Assembly (NCBI GenBank): GCA_947630545.1
Contig: CANRHX010000004.1
Coordinates: 7,091 to 71,090, forward strand
DNA length: 64,000 nucleotides
Direction: 5' to 3'
Source of the DNA: an uncultured Clostridia bacterium
GTDB lineage: Bacteria; Bacillota; Clostridia; TANB77; CAG-508
Below are positions 53,591 through 64,000 of this stretch, piece after piece. Position numbers and translations under genes: made by a program. The notes beneath the pieces are model-generated. The model searched no databases, was not told the DNA's origin, and saw nothing but the letters and a program-made list of their open reading frames with translations. Position 1 is the first letter of the stretch. Each line of letters opens with the position of its first letter.

Positions 53591-54058
53591 TTACCAGAAT
53601 ATTAACATTGAAAGTACTGTTGCAACTACAATTTCTTTTTTATCTAAATCTTTAGGTATAAATTCTATTTCTCCATTAGAGTCTTTTTCATTAACAAATT
53701 CTGCTTTATAATAAGCTACATTATTTAACTTGAAAAATGACTCAAATGGCATTTCTTCTTTTGTTTTGTCAATTTCAATATAACTACTTCCCATATTTAC
53801 ATCTCGTTCAGAATAAAAGTCTAGTTTAAGATATTTTTCTTCTATGGGTTTATTTTTTTCATTTTTTATTATTCCTTTAATTCTTCCATTTACAGTTGTT
53901 GCCTCTGATTGATATATGTTAACTTGAGGAGGAATATTACCACTTGATTCCATTTGCTTATATGTCGAATTTAAACCTACTGCAATTAAGAATTCTGAAA
54001 ATATTGCAAATAATATTAATCCAATTATATATAAAAAATATGTTTTCATTTTTCCCAT
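53591..54058 (-). CDS. Hypothetical membrane protein
   Basis: AGGTGG RBS; N- and C-terminal hydrophobic segments. Confidence 0.65.
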   Translation of the reverse strand: MGKMKTYFLYIIGLILFAIFSEFLIAVGLNSTYKQMESSGNIPPQVNIYQSEATTVNGRIKGIIKNEKNKPIEEKYLKLDFYSERDVNMGSSYIEIDKTKEEMPFESFFKLNNVAYYKAEFVNEKDSNGEIEFIPKDLDKKEIVVATVLSMLIFW

Positions 54059-54180
54059 TTTTTACCACCTAATCTTATTATAACAAATTTTTAGCATATT
54101 TTCAAGGTTTTTATGAAGTATAATAGCAAAGAACTTGCACGTGACCATTTCGCCACATTGCAAGTTCTCTGTTTAGGGTT

Positions 54181-54582
54181 TTAGATGAGCCTGTATCCAG
54201 TGCTGTAAAACATTGTAGCACCTTCAAACTCATAATCCTTAATGCTCGCATCAGCGTTCTGTCCTTTTGTTATTTTTACGCTTCCACGCTGATCTGCTAT
54301 AGCAAGAAACACACCTTTGTCGGGTCCTTGGATCTTTTCAGCCTTGATTTTTAAGATCCGTTCTGTTTCTATATGATCTCCGTCCACTTTGAACGTAAAG
54401 ATCTCATAGTCCCAATTTGGATCTTTTGCCACGACAATAACTTTGCCTTCGAATTCGAAGGCTTCTACGTAAACATACGCTACAGGTACACAGGGTTTCC
54501 CCCGGTACAATAGCCCTTCTACGTAGTAATAGTTGTTCCTTACTATCTGGAAGTCTTTTTCAAACTGTGTATCCAGAAGCAC
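54181..54582 (-). CDS. GC-richer 133-aa ORFan
   Basis: GAAAGGAGGGG RBS with GTG start; consensus promoter; hairpin 54130-54168 downstream. Confidence 0.65.
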   Translation of the reverse strand: MLLDTQFEKDFQIVRNNYYYVEGLLYRGKPCVPVAYVYVEAFEFEGKVIVVAKDPNWDYEIFTFKVDGDHIETERILKIKAEKIQGPDKGVFLAIADQRGSVKITKGQNADASIKDYEFEGATMFYSTGYRLI

Positions 54583-54626
54583 TAGAATTCCCCTCCTTTC
54601 AAAAAAATTTTGGGTTTACACTTTTT

Positions 54627-54655
54627 ATTATACAACATTTTCAATATTATGTCAA
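54627..54655 (-). promoter_or_regulatory. Consensus sigma-A promoter of ORFan 54181-54582
   Basis: TTGACA (54655-54650), 17 bp, TATAAT (54632-54627). Confidence 0.8.
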
Positions 54656-54656
54656 T

Positions 54657-57600
54657 TTATGGTATTTCTTTTCCTAGACATACAGAATAAATATATGCCC
54701 TATCTACTTTTCTATTTAAGGAATTTTCTAATGCCATTTTATACAGTTCTAACTGTTTTTTATATTTATCAACTAATTCTTGTTCGTTCCCTTCTTCCAC
54801 ATAGTCTGTTTTATAATCGACCAAAACTAGTTCATCTTTTTGATTTATATAATATAAATCTATAATACCTTGCACAAGAACCTTATCTTCGCTATCACAA
54901 TCTTGTATGTCATTTAAACTAATTTCAAGGTAAAATGGTTTTTCTTTATAGATTTTTTTTGCATTTTTCATTTCTTGCCATATTTCTGATTTAGTAAATT
55001 GCAATATTTTATATTGATTTATAGCCTTTTTTTCTTTTTCATTTATAATATTTTTTTCATACATATTTTCTATCATAGATTGAATTTTTTCTTCATTATA
55101 GTCTACTTTAGGATCTAGTCTTTGCATGCACATATGTATTAAAGTTCCTTTTTGCGCACCAGTTAAAGCTGTTTCATTTTCCTGCTTTAAAAATTGAGGT
55201 TTTGCTAAATTTACAGAACTGTTTAGCAAACTGTCACCTTCATCATTTTCCTGATATTTTCTTTTTATTTCACTTACAGAAGTCTTTGTCGGCGTTACTG
55301 TAGATAGCTTATGTAGATATTCATATTCTATTTCATTTTTTATTTTTTGAAGTTTTTCTTTATCATGTGTTTTACTATTTAATATTTTTTCTATATCCAT
55401 AGTATTATCTGTTTGAGTATTTTCATCTTTTATAATTTCGGCTTTTTCAATAATTTTTATGTTTGCTAAACTTTTGAATTCTTCTTCTTCATAGCAGTTG
55501 CATAGTAAAATCCAATCTAAATATGATTTGCATTTTTTTAATAAAATAGGATCTATCTTGTTATTTTGTTTGTCATAAATCTTTGATTTTTTATTAAGTT
55601 CTAAATATTCTTTTTCATAATCTTTACAAATACCTGTAATTATTAATTTTTCTTTAGCTCTAGTTAATGCAACATATAAAACTCTCATTTCCTCTGATAT
55701 ATTTTCAATTTCTAGTTTGTTTTTTATTGCAATTTTTGCATTTGTATTATATTCAATTTGAATATTATGGTTTATGTATTTCATTCCTATTCCAATTTCA
55801 TCATGTAATAAAATTTTATCTCTCTTTAAACTTTGCGTATTGAATTGTTTTCCTACATTTGATACAAAAACTACTGGAAACTCTAGTCCTTTACTTTTAT
55901 GTATACTCATAATTCTAATAACGTCGTCATTTTCACCTATTAATTTTGCAGAACCTAAATCTCCACTTCCAAGCTTTAGTCTATCTATGAAATTTATAAA
56001 ATTATATAATCCTTTAAAACTTGCTGTTTCATACTGTTTTGCTCTTTCAAACAATGCCTTTAAATTTGCTTGTCTTAAAATACCATTTGGCATTAAACCT
56101 ACATAATTGTAATACCCTGTGTCTGAATATATTTTCCAAATTAATTCATCTAAAGCTAAATATTCTTGCTCTTTTCTCCACATTTTTAAGTTGTTCAAAA
56201 ATTTTTGTATTTTCTGTTTTAATTCATCATCTACATTTATTTGCGCTTTCATTAAACATGTATAAAAATTGTCATATTTATCATTTAATCTTATTTTTAC
56301 TAAGTCATCATCTGAAAACTTTCCTATATTTGACCTCATTACTGTGACCAATGGAATATCTTGCATTGGATTGTCTATTATTTTTAATAATGATATTATT
56401 GTCTGAATTTCTATTGAGTCTAAATATTCTTGTGATGTATCAGAAAATACAGGCATTCCGGCATTTATTATTTCTTGTTCGAATATATTAGCTTTATTTT
56501 TCGTACTTCTTAATAGAATTGCTATATCACTATATTTTATATTTCTAAAGGTTTGCTTTTTTCTATCATATACTTGAAATTTGCTATCTATTAACTCTTT
56601 TATTTTCTTTGCAACAAGTTTTGCCTCTAATTCAATGTCTTCATATCGTTCATTTTCGTCCCTTTGTTGCTCTCCGTCTTCATTTTCATCATCTTCTTCA
56701 TCATCTTCATAATATTCATTTTTTTCTATTTCTTCTTTTAAGTTTATTAACATAATTTCGGTATCTAAATTTTGATTTATTTCTTTGTAATCTTCTGCAC
56801 CTAGATTCAAGTATTCGTCTTTTGTATAGTCTACATCTCCCAATTTTTTGCTCATTATATTTTGAAAAATTAAGTTGGTAAAGTCTAATACATTTTTTCT
56901 ACTTCTGAAGTTTTTGAATAATTGAATTTTTAAATTATCATCTTCTTTAATCTCATTTTTTAATTTATAATTATTATATTTTTCTAAAAATAATTTTGGC
57001 ATCGCTTGCCTAAATTTATATATACTTTGTTTAACATCCCCTACCATATATACGTTATTTCCTTGGGATACAGCATTCATTATATATTCTTGAACAAGAT
57101 TGCTATCTTGATATTCATCAATTGCAATTTCTTTAAATTTTTTACTATACATTTTAGCTACATCTGTTTTTTGTAAATTACCTTCTTCATCGAATTTAAG
57201 TAAAATGTTTAACGCAAAATGCTCTATATCGCTGAAATCTACAATGTTTTTTTCTTGCTTCTTTTTTGAAAAAGTTTGCTCAAACTCAAAAATGATATTT
57301 TTTAGTTTTACCAATGTTTCGTACATATCATATATGTCTAAATTTGACTGTTTTGAGTCGCTTAGCAATATTTTTTCGAGTTTGTTTTTATATTTTTCTT
57401 TTATTTCGTCTCTAATAGATTTTGCTTCTTCTTTAAAAGCGTTTGAACTTTTAGGAGTTGACCATCTTTTAAATTTATTATTATGAAAAATTGTATAAGC
57501 ATTATCCCAATTGTCAAGATTTGCTTTTAGTGTTTCCATTAAGTTTATATCTTGTTCTAATATTTCTACTACTTTATCAAATCCATCATATTTAGCTGAT

Positions 57601-58316
57601 TGATTTTTCAAGTTATTCAATATCTTTATATCATCAATTAATTCTTCTTCAATATCATTTAAAAGAATCTTTCCCCATGGTGTAGTTCCAAAATCTTTAT
57701 CTAATTCTTCTTTTAGGTTAAACATTTCTATATGATCTTGCAACCACTTATCAGGGAAAGGCATACTTGCAGTTGCTTTAAATATCTTCAAAATTATATC
57801 TTTTAATGGTGCATCATCTTTGTAACTTGTATATGTATTGATGAGTTTTAAAAAATCTTCATCCTCTTCTTCATATTTTTTTTCGAAGATTTCTTCTAGT
57901 GTCTCCTGCTCTAGTATATCTATTTCGGTAGTATCTGCTATTCTAAAATTCGGAGAAACGTTTTGTAATTGATAAAAATTATTCCTTACAACATCTAAAC
58001 AAAATGAATCAATAGTGCATATACTAGCTTTATTTAGTAATATTATTTGCTTTTGTAAATTTTCATTTTCTGGATCTTCATCCAATTTTTTGTATATTGC
58101 ATCTAATACTCTTTGTTTCATTTCACTTGCTGCAGCATTTGTAAAAGTCACTACTAAAAGTTTGTCTATATCAACATTTTCATTTATTATTTTGTTTATT
58201 ATTCTTTCAACAAGTACCGCAGTTTTACCACTTCCAGCAGCTGCTGCAACTAGTATATTTTTACCATCTTCATATATTGCATCTTTTTGTTCATTGGTCC
58301 ATTTTACTTCTGACAT
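54657..58316 (-). CDS. addA: ATP-dependent helicase/nuclease subunit A
   Basis: WTNEQ, AAAGSGKTAVLVER, DEYQD, GDVKQSIYKFR, SIHKSKGLEF, YVALTRA and nuclease GIIDL...DYKT; start moved to ATG 58316. Confidence 0.95.
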   Translation of the reverse strand: MSEVKWTNEQKDAIYEDGKNILVAAAAGSGKTAVLVERIINKIINENVDIDKLLVVTFTNAAASEMKQRVLDAIYKKLDEDPENENLQKQIILLNKASICTIDSFCLDVVRNNFYQLQNVSPNFRIADTTEIDILEQETLEEIFEKKYEEEDEDFLKLINTYTSYKDDAPLKDIILKIFKATASMPFPDKWLQDHIEMFNLKEELDKDFGTTPWGKILLNDIEEELIDDIKILNNLKNQSAKYDGFDKVVEILEQDINLMETLKANLDNWDNAYTIFHNNKFKRWSTPKSSNAFKEEAKSIRDEIKEKYKNKLEKILLSDSKQSNLDIYDMYETLVKLKNIIFEFEQTFSKKKQEKNIVDFSDIEHFALNILLKFDEEGNLQKTDVAKMYSKKFKEIAIDEYQDSNLVQEYIMNAVSQGNNVYMVGDVKQSIYKFRQAMPKLFLEKYNNYKLKNEIKEDDNLKIQLFKNFRSRKNVLDFTNLIFQNIMSKKLGDVDYTKDEYLNLGAEDYKEINQNLDTEIMLINLKEEIEKNEYYEDDEEDDENEDGEQQRDENERYEDIELEAKLVAKKIKELIDSKFQVYDRKKQTFRNIKYSDIAILLRSTKNKANIFEQEIINAGMPVFSDTSQEYLDSIEIQTIISLLKIIDNPMQDIPLVTVMRSNIGKFSDDDLVKIRLNDKYDNFYTCLMKAQINVDDELKQKIQKFLNNLKMWRKEQEYLALDELIWKIYSDTGYYNYVGLMPNGILRQANLKALFERAKQYETASFKGLYNFINFIDRLKLGSGDLGSAKLIGENDDVIRIMSIHKSKGLEFPVVFVSNVGKQFNTQSLKRDKILLHDEIGIGMKYINHNIQIEYNTNAKIAIKNKLEIENISEEMRVLYVALTRAKEKLIITGICKDYEKEYLELNKKSKIYDKQNNKIDPILLKKCKSYLDWILLCNCYEEEEFKSLANIKIIEKAEIIKDENTQTDNTMDIEKILNSKTHDKEKLQKIKNEIEYEYLHKLSTVTPTKTSVSEIKRKYQENDEGDSLLNSSVNLAKPQFLKQENETALTGAQKGTLIHMCMQRLDPKVDYNEEKIQSMIENMYEKNIINEKEKKAINQYKILQFTKSEIWQEMKNAKKIYKEKPFYLEISLNDIQDCDSEDKVLVQGIIDLYYINQKDELVLVDYKTDYVEEGNEQELVDKYKKQLELYKMALENSLNRKVDRAYIYSVCLGKEIP

Positions 58317-58329
58317 TTTTCCTCCTTTT

Positions 58330-58428
58330 TGTGTCATCGGTTCCGGGTTTACTTGACACATTTTGTGTCATCGGTTCCGGGTTTGAATGACACATTTTGT
58401 GTCATCGGTTCCGGGTTTGCTTGACACA
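58330..58428. repeat. Palindromic repeat family, tandem triplet with 34-bp period in the addA 5' UTR
   Basis: Units start at 58331, 58365 and 58399. Confidence 0.97.
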
Positions 58429-58434
58429 TTTTTG

Positions 58435-58463
58435 ATTATACTATAATTTTTTATTTGTTGCAA
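58435..58463 (-). promoter_or_regulatory. Sigma-A promoter of addA
   Basis: TTGCAA (58463-58458), 17 bp, TATAAT (58440-58435). Confidence 0.65.
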
Positions 58464-58518
58464 TTATTAAATATTAATAGTATAATGATATTATAATATA
58501 TTTAGGGAGGAACTAAAA

Positions 58519-59172
58519 ATGGAAAATACCGATAACAAATTCTTTGCGAAAACGTTTTTCTGGATGTTTTTAGGATTACTAGGTACAGCAATAGTTGCAG
58601 CATACACATACTATAGTGGTTTATGGATTAAGATTGCGTTTTCAGGCTCTCTTGCAATTGTAGCAATAATTGAATTAGTTGCTGTTTTAGTTTTTAGTCT
58701 TTTATTTAGAAAAATGTCACCAACAGTTGCTGGGATTGTATATTTTATATATGCTTTTCTAAATGGCGTTACATTATCTTCTATATTTGCAGTTTATAAA
58801 TTGAATTCAATAATTATTATTTTCATAGCATCAGCTGCAATATTTGGAATTCTAGCTTTAATAGGTGCTAAGACTAATAAAGATTTAAGCAACTGGTCTA
58901 CAATTTTATTTACTGCTCTTTTTGTTGGAATTATTGCAAGTATAGTAAATTTATTTTTACAAAATGAAATGTTAGATTTAGGTTTAACTTGGATAATCTT
59001 AATATTGTTCGTTGGTATTACAATTTATGATATGAATAAATTGAAATTGCTTTCTGAAGATCCAAGCTTAAATCAAGAAAAATTATACATTTACGGTGCT
59101 TTAGAACTTTATTTGGATTTTATTAATATTTTCTTGAAATTACTTAGAATTTTTGCTAAATCTAATGATTAA
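58519..59172 (+). CDS. Bax inhibitor-1/YccA family membrane protein
   Basis: 7 TM; C-terminal GALELYLDFINIFL motif. Confidence 0.9.
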   Translation: MENTDNKFFAKTFFWMFLGLLGTAIVAAYTYYSGLWIKIAFSGSLAIVAIIELVAVLVFSLLFRKMSPTVAGIVYFIYAFLNGVTLSSIFAVYKLNSIIIIFIASAAIFGILALIGAKTNKDLSNWSTILFTALFVGIIASIVNLFLQNEMLDLGLTWIILILFVGITIYDMNKLKLLSEDPSLNQEKLYIYGALELYLDFINIFLKLLRIFAKSND

Positions 59173-59265
59173 AAAGATTATAAAAAAAGTGTGTCTGAGA
59201 TTTTTTATAAATTTTTATTTAAAAATCCTAGACACTCTTTTTTATTATTTAATTTTCATTTATTT

Positions 59266-61104
59266 TTATTCAATTGCATCATTACAATCTTCAAATTGAC
59301 TATTATATAAATCTGCATAAAAACCATTTTGCTCAAGCAACTCTTCATGTTTGCCTTGTTCTACAATATCCCCATGATTCATAACTAATATTAAATCTGC
59401 ATTTTTTATTGTAGATAATCTATGTGCAATTATAAAACTTGTTCTGCCTTTCATTAGATTATCCATTGCATCCTGAATTTGTATTTCTGTTCTTGTATCA
59501 ATAGAACTTGTTGCTTCATCTAATATTAATATTTTAGGATCTGCTAAAATAACTCTTGCAATTGTAAGTAACTGCTTTTGACCAGCAGAAATATTGCTTG
59601 ATTCTTCATTTATTTTTGAATTGTATGACTTTGGAAGTGTTTTTATAAAGTGATGCACATGTGCTGCTTTTGCAGCTTTTATTACCTCGTCATCTGTTGC
59701 ATCTTCTTTTCCGTATTTTATATTATTTTTTACAGTTCCACCAAATAGCCATGTATCTTGAAGAACCATACCAAACATTTTTCTAAGTTCTCCTCTGTCG
59801 AAGTCCTTTATATTATGTCCATCAACAAGAATTTCACCATCTAAAACATCATAAAATCTCATTAATAATTTTACCATTGTTGTTTTACCTGCTCCAGTAG
59901 GTCCTACAATTGCTATTTTTTGTCCTTCTTTTACATTAGCATTGAAATTATTTATTACTATTTTGTCTGTTGAATAACCAAATTTAACATTCTTAAATTC
60001 AATATTTCCTTTTAATTTTTCAGTTTCTGTTATACCATTTAATGTTTTTGGTTCTTCTTCTTCATCTAAAAACTCAAAAATTCTCTCTGCAGCAGCTATC
60101 ATAGCTTGTAGCATACTTGATATTTGAGCAACTTGACCTATTGGTTGTGTGAATTGTTTATTGTATTGTATAAAACTTTGAATATTTCCAACTGTAATTT
60201 TTCCTTGTATTGCAAAATATCCTCCTACTACTGCAACTGCAACATACCCCACATTGCCTATGAAATTCATTAATGGATGCATTAAACCAGATAAAAATTG
60301 AGATTTCCATCCTGCTTGATATAGTTGCTTATTTGCTTTACTAAATTCTTTTATTGCTCTTTCTTCTCCATTAAATGCTTTTACTATGTTTAAACCACCA
60401 TATATTTCTTCAACTTGACCATTTACATGTCCTAAATAATCTTGTTGCATTTTGAAATATCTTTGTGACTTTTTTACAACAATTCCAACAATTATACCTG
60501 ATACTGGAAGTATGATTAATGATATTAATGTCATTTCCCAACTTATTGAAAACATCATTATTAATATTCCTATTATAGTGCATATTGATGTTATAATTTG
60601 CGTTATACTTTGATCTAAACTCATACTTAATGTGTCTATATCATTGGTAATAATTGATAATACTTCTCCATTTGTTTTTTTGTCAAAATATTTCATAGGT
60701 AGTTTGTTTATTTTTTTTGCTAAATCATTTCTTATATTATAGGTCAATTTTTGTACTACACTTGTCATTGTAAATCCTTGGATAAATGAAAATATAGCAC
60801 TTAAAATGTATAAACCTAGTAACGTGAATAATATCTGTGCAATTTTACCAAAGTCTATTCCTGTTCCACCTGACAATTTGCTAACTAAACCTGAAAAAAT
60901 TTCTGTTGTAGCATTACCAAGTATTTTGGGTCCAACTATTGTAAATATTGTACTACCAATTGCAAAAATAAATACAATTAATAATTTGACTTTGTATTTT
61001 GCTAAATATTCTTTTATAAGTTTTTTTGTAGTTCCTTTAAAGTTTTTTGCTTTTTCTACAGTTTGACCTGCTCTACGTCTTGGTCCTCCCATTGGTCCTG
61101 GCAT
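59266..61104 (-). CDS. ABC exporter, ATP-binding/permease subunit (heterodimer partner)
   Basis: GPTGAGKTT, ISAGQKQLL, ILDEATSSID and AHRLST motifs. Confidence 0.93.
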   Translation of the reverse strand: MPGPMGGPRRRAGQTVEKAKNFKGTTKKLIKEYLAKYKVKLLIVFIFAIGSTIFTIVGPKILGNATTEIFSGLVSKLSGGTGIDFGKIAQILFTLLGLYILSAIFSFIQGFTMTSVVQKLTYNIRNDLAKKINKLPMKYFDKKTNGEVLSIITNDIDTLSMSLDQSITQIITSICTIIGILIMMFSISWEMTLISLIILPVSGIIVGIVVKKSQRYFKMQQDYLGHVNGQVEEIYGGLNIVKAFNGEERAIKEFSKANKQLYQAGWKSQFLSGLMHPLMNFIGNVGYVAVAVVGGYFAIQGKITVGNIQSFIQYNKQFTQPIGQVAQISSMLQAMIAAAERIFEFLDEEEEPKTLNGITETEKLKGNIEFKNVKFGYSTDKIVINNFNANVKEGQKIAIVGPTGAGKTTMVKLLMRFYDVLDGEILVDGHNIKDFDRGELRKMFGMVLQDTWLFGGTVKNNIKYGKEDATDDEVIKAAKAAHVHHFIKTLPKSYNSKINEESSNISAGQKQLLTIARVILADPKILILDEATSSIDTRTEIQIQDAMDNLMKGRTSFIIAHRLSTIKNADLILVMNHGDIVEQGKHEELLEQNGFYADLYNSQFEDCNDAIE

Positions 61105-63371
61105 TATACTTCACCTCCTAATTCTGCTTCAGAAAGTTGTGATAATGCAATTTGTCTATATGTTTCATTATTTTTCATTAATTCTTCATGTTTGCCTATA
61201 CCTACTACCTTTCCTTCTTCTAATACTATTATTTGATCAGCATGCATTATTGTACTTATTCTTTGTGCTACTATTATTACTGTTTTATCTTTTGTTTTTG
61301 TAGATAAAGCTTCACGAAGTTTACTATCTGTTTTAAAGTCTAATGCTGAAAAACTATCATCAAATATATATATTTCTGGATTTTTAGCTATAGCTCTTGC
61401 AATTGCTAATCTTTGTTTTTGACCTCCAGAGACATTGTTTCCTGACTGTGCTATTGGATCTTTGTATTTATTTTGTTTAGTTTCTATGAATTCTTCTGCT
61501 TGTGCTATTTTAGCTGCCTCAACCATTACTTCATCACTCATGTTGTCATCTGAATATTTTATATTTGATTCTATTGTTCCTGAAAATAATATTCCTTTTT
61601 GAGGTACTAATCCTATAATATCTCTTAAATCTTTTTGTGAAACTTCTTTAATGTTTACACCATCTACTAATAATTCTCCTCCAGTCACATCATAAAATCT
61701 TGGAATTAAGTTTACTATTGTTGATTTACCACTTCCAGTGCTTCCTATAATTGCCGTGGTTTCTCCTGGTTTAGCAGTGAAATTTATATCTTCTAGTATT
61801 TCTGTATCTGCATCTGGATATCTAAAAGATACATTTTTAAATTCTACTAATCCTTTTTTATTTTGATTAAACTTTTTTAAATCTTCAGCATCTTTTATAC
61901 TTGGGTCTGTTTCTAATACTTCTACTATTCTGTTAGCTGCTACAGATGCTCTTGGAAGCATTATTGAAAGCATTGATATAAATAAGAAACTTATTAGTAT
62001 TTGCATTGTATATTGTATGAATGCCATCATGTCTCCTACTTGAAGTATTCCTTGGTCTATATTTTGTCCACCAACCCATATTATTAATAACATAATTGAA
62101 TTCATAACAAACATTAGCATTGGCATCATCATTGACATTGCTTTACTTACAAATGTGTTTGTTTTTCTTAAATCCATATTTGCTTTTTCAAATCTTGATT
62201 CTTCATGTTTTTCTTTGTGAAATGCTCTTATTACAGGGATTCCTGTTAAGATTTCACGAGATACTTGGTTTATTTTATCTATTAATGTTTGCAATTTTTT
62301 AAACCTAGGCATTGCAACTATGAATAATGTTCCTATGATGAATAAAATTGCTATAATTGCTACCCCTATAATCCATGCCATTGAGTTATTACTTTGTACT
62401 AATACTTTTAAAAATGCTCCTATTCCCATTATTGGTGCATAAACTAAAACTCTAAACATCATTGCTATTAATTGTTGTATTTGCTGAATATCGTTTGTAC
62501 TACGAGTTATTAGTGAAGCTGTACTATATTCAGTAAATTCAGCATGTGAAAATTTTAATACTTTTCTAAATATTTTTTCTCTTATGGTTCTTCCGAGTTT
62601 TGCCGCAACTCTTGATGATAGTAGCATTATGGAAATTGCACTTATCATACTAATTGATGCAACTCCTAGCATTTGAAGTCCTGAAAGCCAAATATAGTCG
62701 TTTTGTAATTTATTTGTATCTATACCTACGTTTTGATACATTATTTTTATAGCAGCTATAGCTGCTTGTTCTTTAATAGAATCTTGCATTCCTTTTATTT
62801 GAGAATTAAATTGTTCTAATAATGGAGTAATTTGCTCTTTTGGCATTGATTTAATTATTTGTGTTAATTCTACATTTTCAAAATTTGTTTTTTGATTTTC
62901 TGGAATATTTTGCATCATTTGATTTTTTATCTGATTTGCAGTTTCTTCATTTGAAATTGCTGATAATTCCATAATAGGAGTTAAAATTAATTTTTTTAAT
63001 TCTTCTTCTTTTTGACTGTCTAACGTGTTTAATATGTATATTGTGTTTGGCTCTATACCATAATTTTTACCAAAATATTTGTCTATTTTTTCTTCTTGTT
63101 CTTTTGTGACATTACTATCAACTAACTTGTAATTTTCTAATATTTTGTTGTAGTCTTCATCGTTTGTAAATAGTTGTATTAATTGCATGTCACTTACGCC
63201 TATAAATTCTGGAACTGATGTTACTATTCCAGAAGATTGAATTCCATTATTGACTATTTTTGAAGTGTAATCTGGTAATTCTAAATCAGCCCAAGCTTGA
63301 ATACATAGTAATATGACTATTGCTATAACAGCTACAAAGGATTTTTTTAAATTTTTTAAAACCTTTAGCAT
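61104..63371 (-). CDS. ABC exporter, ATP-binding/permease subunit with degenerate site and large extracellular loop
   Basis: GSTGSGKST, VSGGQKQR, degenerate IFDDSFSALD and AQR. Confidence 0.93.
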   Translation of the reverse strand: MLKVLKNLKKSFVAVIAIVILLCIQAWADLELPDYTSKIVNNGIQSSGIVTSVPEFIGVSDMQLIQLFTNDEDYNKILENYKLVDSNVTKEQEEKIDKYFGKNYGIEPNTIYILNTLDSQKEEELKKLILTPIMELSAISNEETANQIKNQMMQNIPENQKTNFENVELTQIIKSMPKEQITPLLEQFNSQIKGMQDSIKEQAAIAAIKIMYQNVGIDTNKLQNDYIWLSGLQMLGVASISMISAISIMLLSSRVAAKLGRTIREKIFRKVLKFSHAEFTEYSTASLITRSTNDIQQIQQLIAMMFRVLVYAPIMGIGAFLKVLVQSNNSMAWIIGVAIIAILFIIGTLFIVAMPRFKKLQTLIDKINQVSREILTGIPVIRAFHKEKHEESRFEKANMDLRKTNTFVSKAMSMMMPMLMFVMNSIMLLIIWVGGQNIDQGILQVGDMMAFIQYTMQILISFLFISMLSIMLPRASVAANRIVEVLETDPSIKDAEDLKKFNQNKKGLVEFKNVSFRYPDADTEILEDINFTAKPGETTAIIGSTGSGKSTIVNLIPRFYDVTGGELLVDGVNIKEVSQKDLRDIIGLVPQKGILFSGTIESNIKYSDDNMSDEVMVEAAKIAQAEEFIETKQNKYKDPIAQSGNNVSGGQKQRLAIARAIAKNPEIYIFDDSFSALDFKTDSKLREALSTKTKDKTVIIVAQRISTIMHADQIIVLEEGKVVGIGKHEELMKNNETYRQIALSQLSEAELGGEV

Positions 63372-63501
63372 AATTTCTCCTTTCTGTATTTTTATTTTTT
63401 ATTAAATTATAAATAAATTAAACTGTGTTACTATTTTAAGCAACACAGCTTAATTTGTCAATATTATTAATGCGTATTTTGTGTGAATTTTCTGTGAATT
63501 T

Positions 63502-64000
63502 TTACATTTTTCTAAATACTCCTGCTACCTTTCCTAGAATATCACATGTTGGAACTATTATTGGATCCATTGTACTATTTTCTGGTTGCAATCTTATATG
63601 ATCTTTTTCTTTGTAGAATGTTTTTACTGTTGCTTCTTCTCCAATTAAAGCTACTACTATTTCTCCATTATTGGCAGTATTTTGTTTTTTTACTAATATA
63701 TAGTCTCCATCTAAAATTCCGGCTTCTATCATGCTTTCTCCTCTAACTGTAAGCATGAAACTTTCTGAATTCCCAACAAAATCAATTGGAATTGGGAAAG
63801 TATCTGTTATATTTTCTACAGCAAGTATAGGTTCTCCCGCTGTAATTTTTCCTATTATTGGTACATCCACTAATTCTTTTTGTGTATAAAAGTCTTTACT
63901 TGATGTATTTTTGTTTTCTCCTGAACCACCTTTTAATAATCTTAATGTTCTTCCTTTTTTGTCTTGCTTTTTGATGTATCCTTTTTCATCTAATCTTGCT
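63502..64000 (-). CDS. lexA: LexA repressor (5' end outside the window)
   Basis: [21 protein letters not shown] cleavage site, GESM Ser and TVK Lys. Confidence 0.92.
   Translation of the reverse strand, partial: ARLDEKGYIKKQDKKGRTLRLLKGGSGENKNTSSKDFYTQKELVDVPIIGKITAGEPILAVENITDTFPIPIDFVGNSESFMLTVRGESMIEAGILDGDYILVKKQNTANNGEIVVALIGEEATVKTFYKEKDHIRLQPENSTMDPIIVPTCDILGKVAGVFRKM

Overview
AT-rich chromosomal window from a spore-forming Firmicute (Clostridia-like; inferred from gene content), with most genes on the minus strand. It carries housekeeping genes (pgi, glmM, argS, galE, uppP, murD, murT-gatD, uvrA, rqcH, addA, lexA, an ABC exporter pair), sporulation genes (spoIIP, ylbJ, spoVFA), a trimeric [FeFe]-hydrogenase operon, and a Wzx/Wzy polysaccharide locus with a GDP-heptose pathway and an embedded sortase plus substrate. 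Main finding: three unrelated genes (spoIIP, ylbJ and the normally essential murD) are each split by the same +1 shift at an in-frame CGG codon (NNT-CGG-N read as NNT-[C]-GGN, Gly). By manual scan, no other AT-rich host gene here uses CGG in frame, which suggests CGG-triggered +1 recoding. Also seen: nine clusters of an unnamed 29-34 bp palindromic repeat (tandem triplets filling the uvrA and addA 5' UTRs; long hairpins next to stop codons), an orphan ToxI-like pseudoknot-repeat RNA, an unannotated 37-aa poly-Asn gene, a (TA)n-switched acyltransferase, and four GC-richer stand-alone ORFan cassettes. All calls come from reading the sequence; no database searches were run.
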